DNA of 59,049 nucleotides, filler included, from Thelocarpon superellum (GCA_026025795.1; 2 parts of 2 records of this genome joined end to end with filler, not necessarily neighbours in it), one strand, 5' to 3'. Positions 24,812 to 36,174 are shown, numbered from the whole stretch's first letter. Translations and numbers: made by a program. The notes: generated by a model from the letters alone, not told the origin.

Positions 24812-25938
24812 ATGTGAGCTCGACCGGCTCGATCCATTGGCGTCGTGAGACTGACCATTCAGGTTTCTGCTCCGGCGCACTGCGGTGCAAGCTCTGTCAT
24901 CCACGCGGCGGATACCCGTGGTCAGGTCGCGGTCATTGACAGCTCGTGCCTCTCCCATCCCCCGTGCGTCTCGACTGCCGCCTCTGCGTGCCCTCCAGTC
25001 CTGCCGACATGCTAGCAGTGAGAGCGCCGTGTCGGCGGACGTGGCCGACAGTGATGCCACCACAAGCCCTGAGGCCGCCACCGACACCTCGGCCCTCTCG
25101 TCGGCCGACGCCGACGATAGTTCAACCATCGCCTCGGCCATCTCCTCCGCCCGCGCCAGCATCGGCTCCGTTGCCTCCCACGTCGCGGAGTCCGTCAACG
25201 AGGTGGCAGGTGAAGCCCGATCAAGCGGGGCTGGTCGCGTGGTAGAGCCCACGCCGTCGGACAAGATCTTCGTCGGCAACTTGCCCTTCACCACCTCGGA
25301 GGAAGAGCTGAAGACCCTCTTCGGCAAGTACGGCACGGTCCTGACGTGCAACGTGGTGAGAAACCAACAGGCCCAAAGCAAAGGGTGAGTCTGGCAATAT
25401 CACCGGCATGATCTAGTGCCCTCCCCTCGCCCGGCATGAGCTGACTGCCCGTTCACCGGGATGTAGCATGGCCTTCCTCCGTTTCCCGAGCCAAGAAGCC
25501 GCCAGCAAGGCGATCGAAGACATGAGCGGAGCAATCGTGGGCGGCCGCATCGTCGCCGTGCAGTACGCGATCAACAAGCCCTTCGCGTCCGGATCGGTGA
25601 AGCCACCGAACAACCCACCCAGCCCAACGCTGTTCATCGGGAACATGTCCTTCGACCTGACGGACGAGGACCTGACGAATCTCTTCCGCGGCGTGGCCAA
25701 TGTCACCAACGTGCGTGTGGCCATCGATCGGCGAACGGGCCAGCCACGGGGCTACGCGCACGCCGATTTCCTGGACGTGGACAGCGCCAAAAACGCGTTG
25801 GAATATCTCTCGACCCAACGACCGTACGGCCGGCTGTTGCGGGTCGACTACAGCGCGCCGATGCAGCGAAGGCATCGGAGGGAGAAAGAGGAAGAGGCGT
25901 CGGACGAAGCTACCGCCGAGTCGACGGCGTCGAGCTGA
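24812..25938 (+). CDS. Two-RRM nucleic-acid-binding protein with a probable mitochondrial presequence; exons 24812-24813, 24863-25384 and 25467-25938
   Basis: RNP2/RNP1 motifs KIFVGNL...SKG|MAFLRF and TLFIGNM...RGYAHADF. The N-terminus MFLLRRTAVQALSSTRRIP is Arg-rich and acid-free; its ATG is split AT|G by intron 24814-24862. Confidence 0.88.
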
Positions 25939-26730
25939 GCGGGTCCCTTCCGATCTATGCGGCCTGGCGATGGTCCCTGTATACGTACTCGTGGCACTGG
26001 CATTTTCATGTGCTGTCTCTACGTCGGCGTGGTGTACAGATAGTGTTTCTGGGTTGGTCAGTCGGGCGGCAAGACGCATTCCACTCTGGCATCATAGCAT
26101 CGTATCGTCGTATCATCGCTTCGTCGCCCCATCGCATCATGATAACCGCCGATCTGACGGTCATCCGCGGTCTTGACCCCAGCGACCTGAACCGCGCCAC
26201 GCCGTGTGGCTGATCCTCTCAGCCTGCTGCTTGGGGCGGTTTGCACCGCTTACGCGAGCACGGGCGGCGCTATGTGAGCGCCGTGGGCGCCGTGGGCGCC
26301 TTACGCCACAGCGCCCGGGAGTTCATGCAGGCCTTAAGTAGAATAAGTGCCGACGGTCACTGGCGCCCACAATCCGTCCGCGCGCGGGTGCTCGTAAGTT
26401 CCCACCGGCTGCATCTGACAACCATCCATGACAAGGTGATATCGCGCCACGATCGAAACGGCCGCTGCTACATGGTCCTCGTCGTCCAACCCTTATCAGA
26501 GGCCGGTGCCGAAATGCCGCGCTACCCGCATGGCCTGCGTCGTCGTTGGTGCAGCGATATTATAATTACGGCCCCCACCCACGGCCCGTTTTGGGCCCCC
26601 AGGCCCCGGTCTCAGAGACCTTGGCGTGCCCTGCGTCCCGGTCCCGCCCAAGGCCGCTGTCTTTGCCCTTGTGTCGTGCGAATATGAGTATCCTCATGAA
26701 CCATTGCGATCATAGACTCCCTCCTTGACC

Positions 26731-27883
26731 ATGTGTGCTTACAGCCCGCGATGGTCGTGCGCGCTCGCGTTCGGTCTGATTGCCGTCGCGCAATGCTCGG
26801 TGGAGTTCTTCATTAGCACGGACTTCGACAGCTGCTCGCGCAACGGGAGCCAGATTGCTTGCCTGAACAACACCAACCGCGGGGGTCTCTGCGCCTATGC
26901 TCCGGACGCCGACCACCTGTGGTGCTGTCCGGCCCCTGATCCGTGAGTAGTTCCCGAGCTCGGGAGTGATGCGTAGGATGATGCTCATCATCTACCTCAT
27001 GCTCCAGGACATGCTGGTCCATGGCTCTGAACTGCCAGGGAGGGTCATCAGGCGCGCCAGGCTCTGGTCAGATCGCGTGTTCAAGTAACGGTGCCAGTAC
27101 GTGGCAAAGGCGTACCCGAATGCTCGATATTCTAGGCCTGGACTGACCGACGGGCAGATTGGTGTTGCAATGCCGACTATGAGACCTGTACCCAGGCTAC
27201 GAACCAGATCAATGTCTGCGTGTCCAAGTTCGACAGCGGCAACAAAGACGTCTCCATCGCTTCGGCCAACGCGGTCGAATCCTCCTTCAATTCCTCCGGA
27301 TCGTCCCCAACCTCCTCTGGGTCGTCCCCATCGTCCTCCGGCTCATCACCGTCCTCGTCCGGGGCTTCCTCGTCCGGCATCTCGGAGACCGCCGGGGCTG
27401 GACCTAGTATGGATGCCTCTCTCCCTGCCCCGCTGCCGTGGACTAATCTTCCTTCCAGCGACCTTGAGCTCGAGCCCGTCCAGTTCGACCTCAGCGACCA
27501 CTACCTCTGCCAGCTCGTCGGGGCCCGCTCAAGCCACGGAATCGTCGGCATCAGCGACCAACGCCGCGACCACGGAGGTGGTCTCCTCCAGCTCAAGCGT
27601 CTCCGGAGCGACGATCGCTGGCATCGTGCTTGGCGCACTGGGCGGCCTCGTGCTCACTGCCGCCATTGCCGGGGCGCTCCTATTCCTCTATCGGCGACGG
27701 AGGCCTCACAGCCCGGGAGCCATGTACAAAGACCCGATGGTGGACTACGCGCCTGTCCCACAAGGCCCACAAGGTGGAAAAGGATCTGGCGTCGGGACCA
27801 CACAGGGCTTGCGGAGGCCGGAATTGGAGGCCCGGGTGCTGAGCGTTGAACTACCTGCCACTGAAGTCCACCGCAGACCGTGA
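26731..27883 (+). CDS. Single-pass membrane protein: signal peptide, Cys-rich ectodomain, Ser/Thr stalk, SKG6/Mid2-like TM; 4 exons (introns about 26943-27007, 27098-27157, 27408-27458)
   Basis: Splicing three GT-AG introns joins LWCCPAPDP-TCWS...IACSS-NWCCNADYETC...-Ser-rich stalk-VSGATIAGIVLGALGGLVLTAAIAGALLFLYRRRR in one frame. Confidence 0.8.
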
Positions 27884-28306
27884 TGGGCGCGAGCGAGGCT
27901 GGCGCCTGTCATGCGTGGGCTACAGGGTCTTGTCCGAATGAGAAGCGATGGGTCTTTGCATTCAATATTCCGTTAGATATCATGTCCGGATGGAACCCGT
28001 CTCCATCCGGTCACTTCTTTTGGCTGGAACGAAGGGGCCTTGGCGTGCTTCACTGTTTACGCTTTGCACCTCCTTGGGTAGGTCGTCTCAGGAACCAATA
28101 CATACCAGGGTTCATCACCACTGCTGCGACCGGATCATCCTGGCTTCGTGGTACGCCGGATTGGAGATCTTCAAGCAAGCCTCCTTCGTCAAATCGCCGT
28201 TCAAGTCTGCCGTCTTCCAAGGGTGGTACGGACGTTGAAGTCAGTACTGAGACTAGTAGCTCGCGAACCTGAACGGGAAGGGATTGTGGCGCCTGTACGG
28301 GTACTA

Positions 28307-28916
28307 ACAGTCTTCACCACGAGACTGAACACACCACGAGACTGAACACTTTCTGTAAACCTTATTTCCCCCACCACTTTCCATCAACAACACCTTGTAT
28401 ATATTCTTGAATAATTCAACTACCACATATGCTATTAACTTTCACATTGAATATAAGAGTATTAGTAGTTGGCTTATAAGATGATAAAGGTGGTAGGGTA
28501 AAAGAGGTAGGGTTTAAGGGGGGAAGTTGTAGATAATGGCTTATAGAAACTAATAAAGTTGAGCTTAGGACCTATAAGTTATAAGCATCAATCTTTGCTA
28601 TATTAGGATGTACCACACCAAAGATGAAGTGATTAGGTCAAGTGGTTGAAAAGTTATAGGTTTTCAAAGTGGGTGGGGTGGGGTCTGGGTACATAGATTT
28701 GAGGTGGCAAAAAATTGCGCAACTAGATAACATCACCAATACTCATTGTAACAACAAAATTTTAGGTTCAAATGATAGCTTAGGGTCTTATCTACCATTC
28801 ATTTCAAGGGTTGATGATTTGAAGCACTAGTGGTGGAGTTGTGGCTGATGGTGGAGGTAGGGTAGGAGGAAAAGTGTTCGGTCTCGTGGTGTGTTCAGTC
28901 TCGTGGTGAAGACTGT
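28307..28916. mobile_element. 610-bp non-autonomous DNA transposon (MITE), Tc1/mariner-Fot1/pogo type
   Basis: 46-bp terminal inverted repeats (28307-28352 and 28871-28916, one mismatch), each with an internal 17-bp direct repeat CACCACGAGACTGAACA. TA flanks both ends (28305-06, 28917-18); the interior is AT-rich and non-coding. Confidence 0.93.
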
Positions 28917-29319
28917 TAATGTTACTCGTGCTTTTGGGTGAAGCTGCATATCCTTGGTCCGACGCTCCCCGTACTTTTACTGAGTCTGCACAATGGTGTC
29001 CAAAGTTCTCCGTACCCCTGCTACGGAAGGCTTTAGGGAGCCACGTGCAGATCCACGCTTTGTCCAATACGGAGGATCATTGACGCATTTGACGAATGCC
29101 TCGGTCCCCGCCAACACGCGATGTCATGGCCGACCAGGCTCGCCCGCCACGTTCCGACGAGGAAGGTGTTCTTCCCTGGAAACACCAACTCACTAATACA
29201 ACTGACTGCAACACCTCGCCTTGACGGTGCGCCACCGTCGGCACTCGTCCTCCTCTTCAGCACTTCTGCCGTCGGCACCTCTTTTCCTGCACCGCTTCCG
29301 CCGCCGTGTCATCGTCGCC

Positions 29320-29482
29320 ATGTCTTTCCTCGGTGGCGCCGAGTGCTCCACGGCAGGCAACCCACTCAGTCAATTCGCCAAACATGTGCAGGAAGACCAA
29401 TCGCTCCAGCGAGATCGGCTGGCGGGGAGAGGGCCGGGCCTGGCACGAGAAGGTCTCCGAAGTGGCGGATCTGTGGGATGGC
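29320..29482 (+). CDS. PEX5: Peroxisomal PTS1 receptor, 5' fragment truncated by the end of the segment
   Basis: MSFLGGAECSTAGNPLSQFAKHVQEDQSLQRDRL is the typical filamentous-fungal Pex5 N-terminus with its conserved ubiquitinated Cys. Confidence 0.9.
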
Positions 29483-29582
29483 NNNNNNNNNNNNNNNNNN
29501 NNNNNNNNNNNNNNNNNNNNNNNNNNTTAATTAATTAANNNNNNNNNNNNNNNNNNNNNNNNNNNNNNNNNNNNNNNNNNNN
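29483..29582. other. Artificial contig-joining spacer (44 N + TTAATTAATTAA + 44 N)
   Basis: Exactly 100 nt, symmetrical, with a core giving stops in all six frames; unrelated genes are truncated on each side. Confidence 0.97.
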
Positions 29583-29663
29583 ATCCAGCCCGTCGGCACG
29601 ATCCAGAGTCTGGTGTACGCCATTGCTGAGAAGGCGGCCGACTTGATCAAGCAGGGTCGCTGA
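29583..29663 (+). CDS. GMC oxidoreductase (AA3), C-terminal fragment
   Basis: IQPVGTIQSLVYAIAEKAADLIKQGR*; YAIAEKAADLI is the GMC C-terminal helix motif. Confidence 0.85.
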   Translation: MQPVGTIQSLVYAIAEKAADLIKQGR

Positions 29664-30535
29664 GCTCTCTTGCGTCCTCGACACGAGCGACGATCAGCGA
29701 CAGACGAAATGTTCCCCTCTGGGCCCATGCAAGGCACACGTCGAGGTCTCATTAGCGGCATAGAGTGCCGCAAGACGATCTAGCGGCGCCTCTCCTTTCA
29801 ACGGCCGCACACATTTCTGCATCAGATGATGATCATCCGTCTGTACATACCAGAACGTATTGTGATGTACATATAGTATGTGCATACGCACAGTCTGCCT
29901 GACCATACTTGGCAATACTCCGTAGGGGCGTCGGCAACCTCGAATGTGCCGATTGAGTTCTCCGGTGGCCTTCAGAGCGGCCTAAAACGAATGCCGACCG
30001 TACGACCGAGGAGCGACAAAGGTCAATCTTGGTTCCTAACGGTAGACTAGTGTCCTACGGACCGGGGTACATTGCCTCTATCAGGAAGACTAATTAGCCG
30101 ACCGAGGCGGGAAGGATGAGAAAGGAAAAGATGTTCCATGCGACGTCCGATCTTCAGCATTATTCGGATTCACTTGGAACGCATGCTGGTGACTGGCGAG
30201 GAGGGTAACGGTTTGAAGCAGCTTTGGTGTTTGGTCCTGCGATGCCCATATCCACCGACCCGGCCGCCAATCCGGGCCGGTCAGGCAGCGTGAGGCATCC
30301 GTGATCACGCACCTCTAGCCGTAGATCAGACAGATCGATCGTACCCCCCAGTAAAAGGCCAACGACTTGAATGATCACCGGAACATCTTCTCGCAGCTCA
30401 CAAGGCTCACCCTTGCTGTTCACTGTCGAGGTGATGAATGCAGCCTTGTGCACTTTGGCCAGCAGCTTAGGTCGCCGTGCGAGGCTCGGACCCTCCACCA
30501 GTTCGAGGTCGAGACCAGGAACTTCGTATTACGCT

Positions 30536-31602
30536 ATGTCAACTCCTTTAGCCAGTAGCAACACACCCTACGAGTACGACCTGCCGGGACGTGTGCCCCT
30601 CCACCTCCAGTCACCTCCCGCGGCCCCATGGCGCGACCGCTCATATGGCCTCGCACCTTCTGGTCCGTGGAGTGCCGCCACTCTTGGGCCTGACTCACTG
30701 AAGCAGTCATGGATGCTTCGCTCCACCATGCGATGCTCAACGCCTGCGCCTGGCCCGGCCACTGGCTGGTGAGGCAGCGGCAGCCACGTGAGGAGGTAGC
30801 GCGAGCTGGACGGCGACGAGGCGCCGCGGCCCCCGTGACCGTGAAACGACGCAAGAGAGCGCTCACGCCACCGCGGTGGACGGCGCCATCGCGCAAGGCG
30901 CAGCGGACATACTGGCAATCGGAATGTGTGCTCTTCGCCAAGCTCCCGCCGGAAGTGCGACGACTGATCTGGCTGGCCTGCCTGGGCGGCATGACCCTCC
31001 GGCTCAACATGTGGGACCGTCGCATCAGCTGTGACGGGCCGCCGTCGGACGATCCGCACCGCATCCGTCCGCTGTCCCTGCTCTTGACCTGCCGGCGGGT
31101 GTACGTGGGCGCCCTTCTGCCCTCAACGACGGTGGCGATCGCTGATGCTGGGCACAGATACGCCGAGGCCATCGATCTGCTCTACGCCAGCAACCAATTC
31201 GAGCTGGGCAATCCCGACTGTCTGGAACGTCTCCCGCGACTGTTGCTCCCGCAGCGCATGCATGCCATCCGGCGGCTCCGCTTCACTTGGCACCTGTCGG
31301 AGCCTCCCTTCTGCGGCGGCAGTCGATACAAGGATACGGTGTGGACCATCATCTGGCAGGTGCTGGCGTCGATGAAAGGGCTGCGGGAGCTGCAGGTCGA
31401 GCTCCAGATTGCCTGCGTCTGGCGCATGCATTGGCTCACGCAGGAGCGCAAGCTGCTGGAGCCGGTGAAAGCCGTCACCACGCCGGACGTCTTTGAGCTG
31501 ACCCTGCCCTTCACCATCGAGGCGCGGGACATCACCCTCCGCGAGCTCCCCTGTATCATCCAGCAGTCGTGTGATCTGGCTGAGTGGGCCCTTGGGGCAT
31601 AG
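30536..31602 (+). CDS. DUF7730 / F-box-like fungal protein; probable introns 30663-30706 and 31101-31157
   Basis: QSECVLFAKLPPEVRRLIW...LSLLLTCRRV|YAEAIDLLYASNQF...IRRLRF...WQVLASMKGLREL. The first exon is less certain; an alternative start is at 30709. Confidence 0.78.
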
Positions 31603-32607
31603 ATTTTGTCGCAACATTAGACAGCGATCCCTGATGTAGAGCGAGTAATAGCGGGAGTCTCCTGGGCAGGGAGGTGGGAAAAGGAGGAGCGCATGGACGG
31701 ATGATCGGTCGTCTCGGGTCAATCATTGGGCTGAGGAAGGCAGGGGTAACGTCAACGACCGCTTGGCTACGTCTTCTATGTTTCCTGGACTCTCCTGGTA
31801 TGATGTTCGATTCAGCGAGCACACTCCAAGTGTCCCTTATTGGATACGGAAATATCAACAAGGAAAATGTATGTCTGACCCTTGTTCCCTTAGGGTTACA
31901 AGCCACTAGCATGGCATCCGAAGTCCCACACGCCACTCAGTTACGGCCATATTACCATCTTATCAACGGAGGAATATTTGTTAGACAGAGGGGCTTCTAG
32001 CATAACTGAGGTGCTTCCGGCATAGTTGCGCTGCTCCCTCGCCTTTTTCGATCTCGGCCAGCTCGCTCCGGGCAATCATTAGCGAAATTCCCTGCCGGAC
32101 TTACTCCGCAGTTAACGAGGCGAACCAGCTGTCGTGCCGATATAGGGCCTTTTTGCCCTTCGCTACGGTCCAACTCCCCGGCAATTGGCATCCTGGACGC
32201 TCTTTGGGTGTGGGACCTGCCCGGAAAATGCTCCGGAACGTTCGGCAAGCATGACCTCATGACCTGCCCCACTTGCCAAACATCGCCAAACCAGCCGCAA
32301 AAATCACCAGCAGATGGTGGGGCGATGACGGCACGCTATGGCCGGAAAGAGGGTTCGCAAATGCCCTCCCTCTACTCGACGGTGGGGCAGCACACGTAGG
32401 ATTCGCCGCAGGGGGAACAAAACTGGAAGGGAACCACTCCTCTTGAAGTGTGGGTCCCCAGATGCCCGTTTCATCGTTATGCTCGTACTCCAATTGAGCT
32501 TCCTACCATACACTCCGTGACTCGATCTTGACCGTCGCGACGCCGCTGAAGACGTCTCCTCATCACTGCCCCATTCACTCGTGCCGCGTGTCCATTGTCG
32601 CTCCACA

Positions 32608-33829
32608 ATGTCGTCGACCAACAATTACACCTTCCAGGGCTGGATGGGCCTCGACCGGTCGGCTGCTGATGGAAACATGAAGTGGCAGACGTATGAGCCG
32701 AAGGCCTTCCAGGAGAATGACGTTGACATCCGCGTGACGCATTGTGGTATCTGCGGCTCCGATCTACACACCCTCCGCAGTGGTTGGGTTGGTCTGTCCC
32801 GATCACTGTCCCACGACGTTGGCCGCTCACACGCTTCCAGGCACCGACCACTTATCCGTGCTGCGTCGGGCATGAGATCGTGGGCACGGCAGTGCGGGTC
32901 GGGAGCAAGGCTGAAGGGGGCATCAAGTGAGGCGTCTCCGTTACCGACACGAAGAGACGGAGAGACAAGGGGCGAATGCTGACGGCAGTATCGGTAGGGT
33001 GGGCGATCGCGTGGGCGTAGGCGCCCAGTCCAGCTCGTGCTTGAAAGCAGACTGTGAAGAGTGCAGCACCGGGCGCGAGAGCTATTGCCAACATTTCATC
33101 GACACGTACAATGGCACTTACCCCGATGGCAAGACGTCGTACGGGGGCTACAGCGACTACGCTCGTGTGCCTAGCCACTTTGTCTTGAAGATCCCCGATG
33201 CCCTGTCGAGCGAAGCGGCCGCCCCAATGTTATGCGGGGGGATCACGGTGTATTCGCCGCTGAAGAAAGGTGGCGCAGGACCGGGCAAGAAGGTGGGCAT
33301 CGTGGGCATCGGCGGACTGGGCCACTTCGGCCTGCTCTTTGCCAAGGCCTTGGGCTGCTCCAAGATCGTTGCCATCTCCCGTTCCAGTGGCAAAAAAGCC
33401 GATGCCTTGAAGATGGGTGCAGACGACTTCATCGCGACGGGCGAGGATCCCGACTGGGCCAAGAAACATTCTCGCAGCCTCGACCTGATTGTGTGCACCG
33501 TGTCGTCCGCTGATATGCCCTTGACCAAATACCTACAGTTGCTGCGAACGAGTGGCCAATTCACCCAAGTCGGCGCACCGGAAGATAAGATCCCAGGCTT
33601 CAATGTCTTCTCGCTCATCAAAAAGGGGAATACCATTGGCGGATCGTCCATCGGAAGCCCGCACGAGATCCGGGAGATGTTGGAGCTGGCCGCGACGAAG
33701 CAAATCAAGCCTTGGACGGAGGCGCGTCCGCTGAAGGACGCCAACCAGGCTGTCAAAGATCTGGCGGACGGAAAGCCACGATATCGTTACGTGCTGGTCA
33801 ATGAGGCTCATGTCAGTTCAAAGCTGTAG
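32608..33829 (+). CDS. Zn-dependent NADP(H) alcohol dehydrogenase (Adh6/cinnamyl-ADH type); exons 32608-32787, 32841-32926 and 32998-33829
   Basis: CGICGSDLH, GHEIVG, structural Zn CxxxxCxxCxxxxxxxC, APMLCGGITVYSPL, GIGGLGH, ISRS (NADP-type); ends in SKL. Confidence 0.95.
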
Positions 33830-34275
33830 TGTCCCTTGGATAGATGAAGGGGGACAAACTACACTGCGAGCGCGTCATCCCTTCAGCGAGCGAGCGGGTT
33901 GAGATGCCCGGGGAGGGTTGAGAGGCCTCGCCTGGAGTGCTGGCAAGGAGACTCAGATCCATGAAACCGCGCCGAATCTGTATCATCTTGCCGCTAGTGG
34001 CCAATGCTTGAAGGGATCTGCCTATCGTACCTTACCATGATGAACGAAGCCGAAGGGCCAAGTGCGACTGATGGGTGCGTTTGTACCCGCGGTAGCGACA
34101 AGTAGGCGGGGGTGGCTTACCTAACTTTTCTCGTGCTGTTTACCTTTTGCCTCGTCTGGCGAACGCGCAATTCCATCCTGGATACATGGCAGCCGAGCCT
34201 GACCTTGGCCTGTCGCTGTCACTCCATCCGTTCCCCATTCCTCGCCGACGTAGCTTTCGGCCACCTGCTTTCAAC

Positions 34276-36174
34276 ATGGAGTCGCAGAGCCTCCACACGG
34301 CATCATTGTACATCAACAATCTCCTGCTGGCGCGAGGCCTACTGCGCAATGGCACGCCCATTGAATTCGCGACGCCGAGTAAGGCTGACGGCGGCAGCGA
34401 GGCCACCATGGCCAAGATCATCAATCTCGTCCATGATCTCGTGCTCAGACGCGATCGCGAGGCGGAGCAGCGAGAGCACCTCGCCCAGACCATTCATACT
34501 CTGCGACGAGGCGAGAGTAAGCAGACGCTGGAGATGGTACGTCCTACCTGTCTGCTCGCCGCTCATTTCGGTCCGAGCCCGAGCGAAGGGCGGCACTCAT
34601 TCTCGACGTCCACAGGAGCGACTGCAGGCCCGACAGGCCGACTGCCAGCGCCAACTCGCCATCGCACAAGGGCAAGAGCGCGCCTTCAAGGCCACGCTTC
34701 GCACGGCGGAGCATGCGGCGCGCGGCCTGCGCGAGGAAATGCTACGGCTCAAGACGATGCTGCAGCACGTCCGCACCCAATGCGCCAACGACCTCCGCAA
34801 ACGTGACGTCCAGATTCAGAGACTGAAGTCACATCTCACCACGCAGCAACGGGGCACAAGACCGCCGCTCACCACGTCGACCATCACCATCACCCCGACC
34901 CACCCAGCCCATCTGGCTCAGCTCGCGCGTGATGAGGCTGGGGTGCCAATCGACAGTCCAGACTACGCGCTCACCCAGGAGACGACGGAATTCCTCACCC
35001 AGCTCAGCCAGAACCTGAGCAATGAGAATGACAACCTGATCGGACTGGTCCGCTCGACCCTCGTCACGCTGCGGGCATTGCAGGGCCTCTCGGCTCATCC
35101 CGCGCGGGCGGCGCCTCTGCTGGGCGAGAACGGCGACGGCGTGGATCACGCCGTCAGCTCGTCTAACGTCAGCCACTCGGGGAGCAGCTTGCTCGAAGCG
35201 CTGCCCACGTCGTACGACGCGTTGGCCACGGATATGGATGACGTGCTTGAGCATCTGCGCACCTTACTCACCAACCCGTCCTTCGTCCCGCTCGAGGAAG
35301 TGGAGGTTCGCGAGGAGGAGATCCATCGACTACGTGAAGGCTGGGAGAAGATGGAGGGTCGGTGGCGCGAGGCCGTCCAGATGATGGAGGGCTGGAGAAA
35401 GCGCATGGCACGGGGTGGGCACGGGGTCAACCTGGAAGAGCTACGGATCGGCCTGAGCCTCAGCCCGCTCAAGGCGGAGAAGGTCGTGGTCGCTGCGGCG
35501 GGCGAGCAACCCGTAGAGGCAGTTGAGGAGGCGGATTCCCACTCCTCCGATCATGGGGAGGAAAGCGACGGTGACGGTGACGGTGACGGCGACAGCGACA
35601 GCGACGAGGCCCTGGGAATCGGCCTGCGACCGGACGGGGCGGTCCTTGCTGACGCCGATCAAAACATCCGTCCGAGGGCAGCATTACGCCGTCCCGCCAT
35701 CCACCCTATTACCGAAGAGAACACACAGGACGGCGCCAACGGCACGAGTGCCAGCAACGTGGCGCTAGTGGATGTGTCCGGATCCAAGTCAGAGCAAGCC
35801 GGGGGGCTGTCAGAACGACCCTCCTCAAAGCATGGCGAGTCCAAGATCCCACGTCAGGTAAGGCCATCGCACTTTCTCAACACCCTCGCGGGCTCGGACC
35901 GCACACTGACCAAGGTGTGCAGGCAAGCAAGCGAGTCATGTCTTCCGGACCCAGTGGCCCGGTAGAGAAGCGGGCGAAGTTGTCTCGACCCACGGTGCAG
36001 CAGAAGCTCGATGGAGCCCGCGCCGAGGCTCAGAAGGCCGAGCAGCGTAAGGCGCTCGCCGGTGCTGCACGGCGGAAGACGAACATCAGAGGTCCGGCGA
36101 AAAAGACGCGGCGTCGTAGTACGCTGACGGAAGAAGAGCTGGATTCGCTGATCCAAGGACGAGTAAGTCATTAA
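34276..36174 (+). CDS. Afadin/alpha-actinin-binding (ADIP) coiled-coil protein, NIMA-interacting TinA / Msd1-like; exons 34276-34536, 34616-35857 and 35923-36174
   Basis: ASLYINNLLLARGLLRNG...IINLVHDLVLRRDRE, RTQCANDLRKRD, QETTEFLTQLSQNLSNENDNLI, LLTNPSFVPLEEVEVREEEI; both introns are canonical. An in-frame upstream ATG lies at 34186. Confidence 0.82.

Noticed and set aside
28311..28350. CRISPR-like direct repeats
   Set aside because: Only two adjacent 17-bp copies without spacers; they are TIR subrepeats in a eukaryotic genome.
31101..31157. Stop-free in-frame introns (57 nt here; 54 nt at 51993-52046) as regulated retained introns
   Set aside because: Common by chance for short GC-rich introns, and retention would interrupt conserved motifs.
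32060..32125. Zinc-knuckle-like NCGVSPAGNFANDCPE on the minus strand (gag relic?)
   Set aside because: Lacks the first Cys and the His, has wrong spacing, and no LTR or pol remnants are nearby.
29320..33829. Apparent clustering of PEX5 with an SKL-bearing dehydrogenase, or a PEX5-GMC fusion
   Set aside because: The genes are separated by the artificial spacer and lie on different segments.
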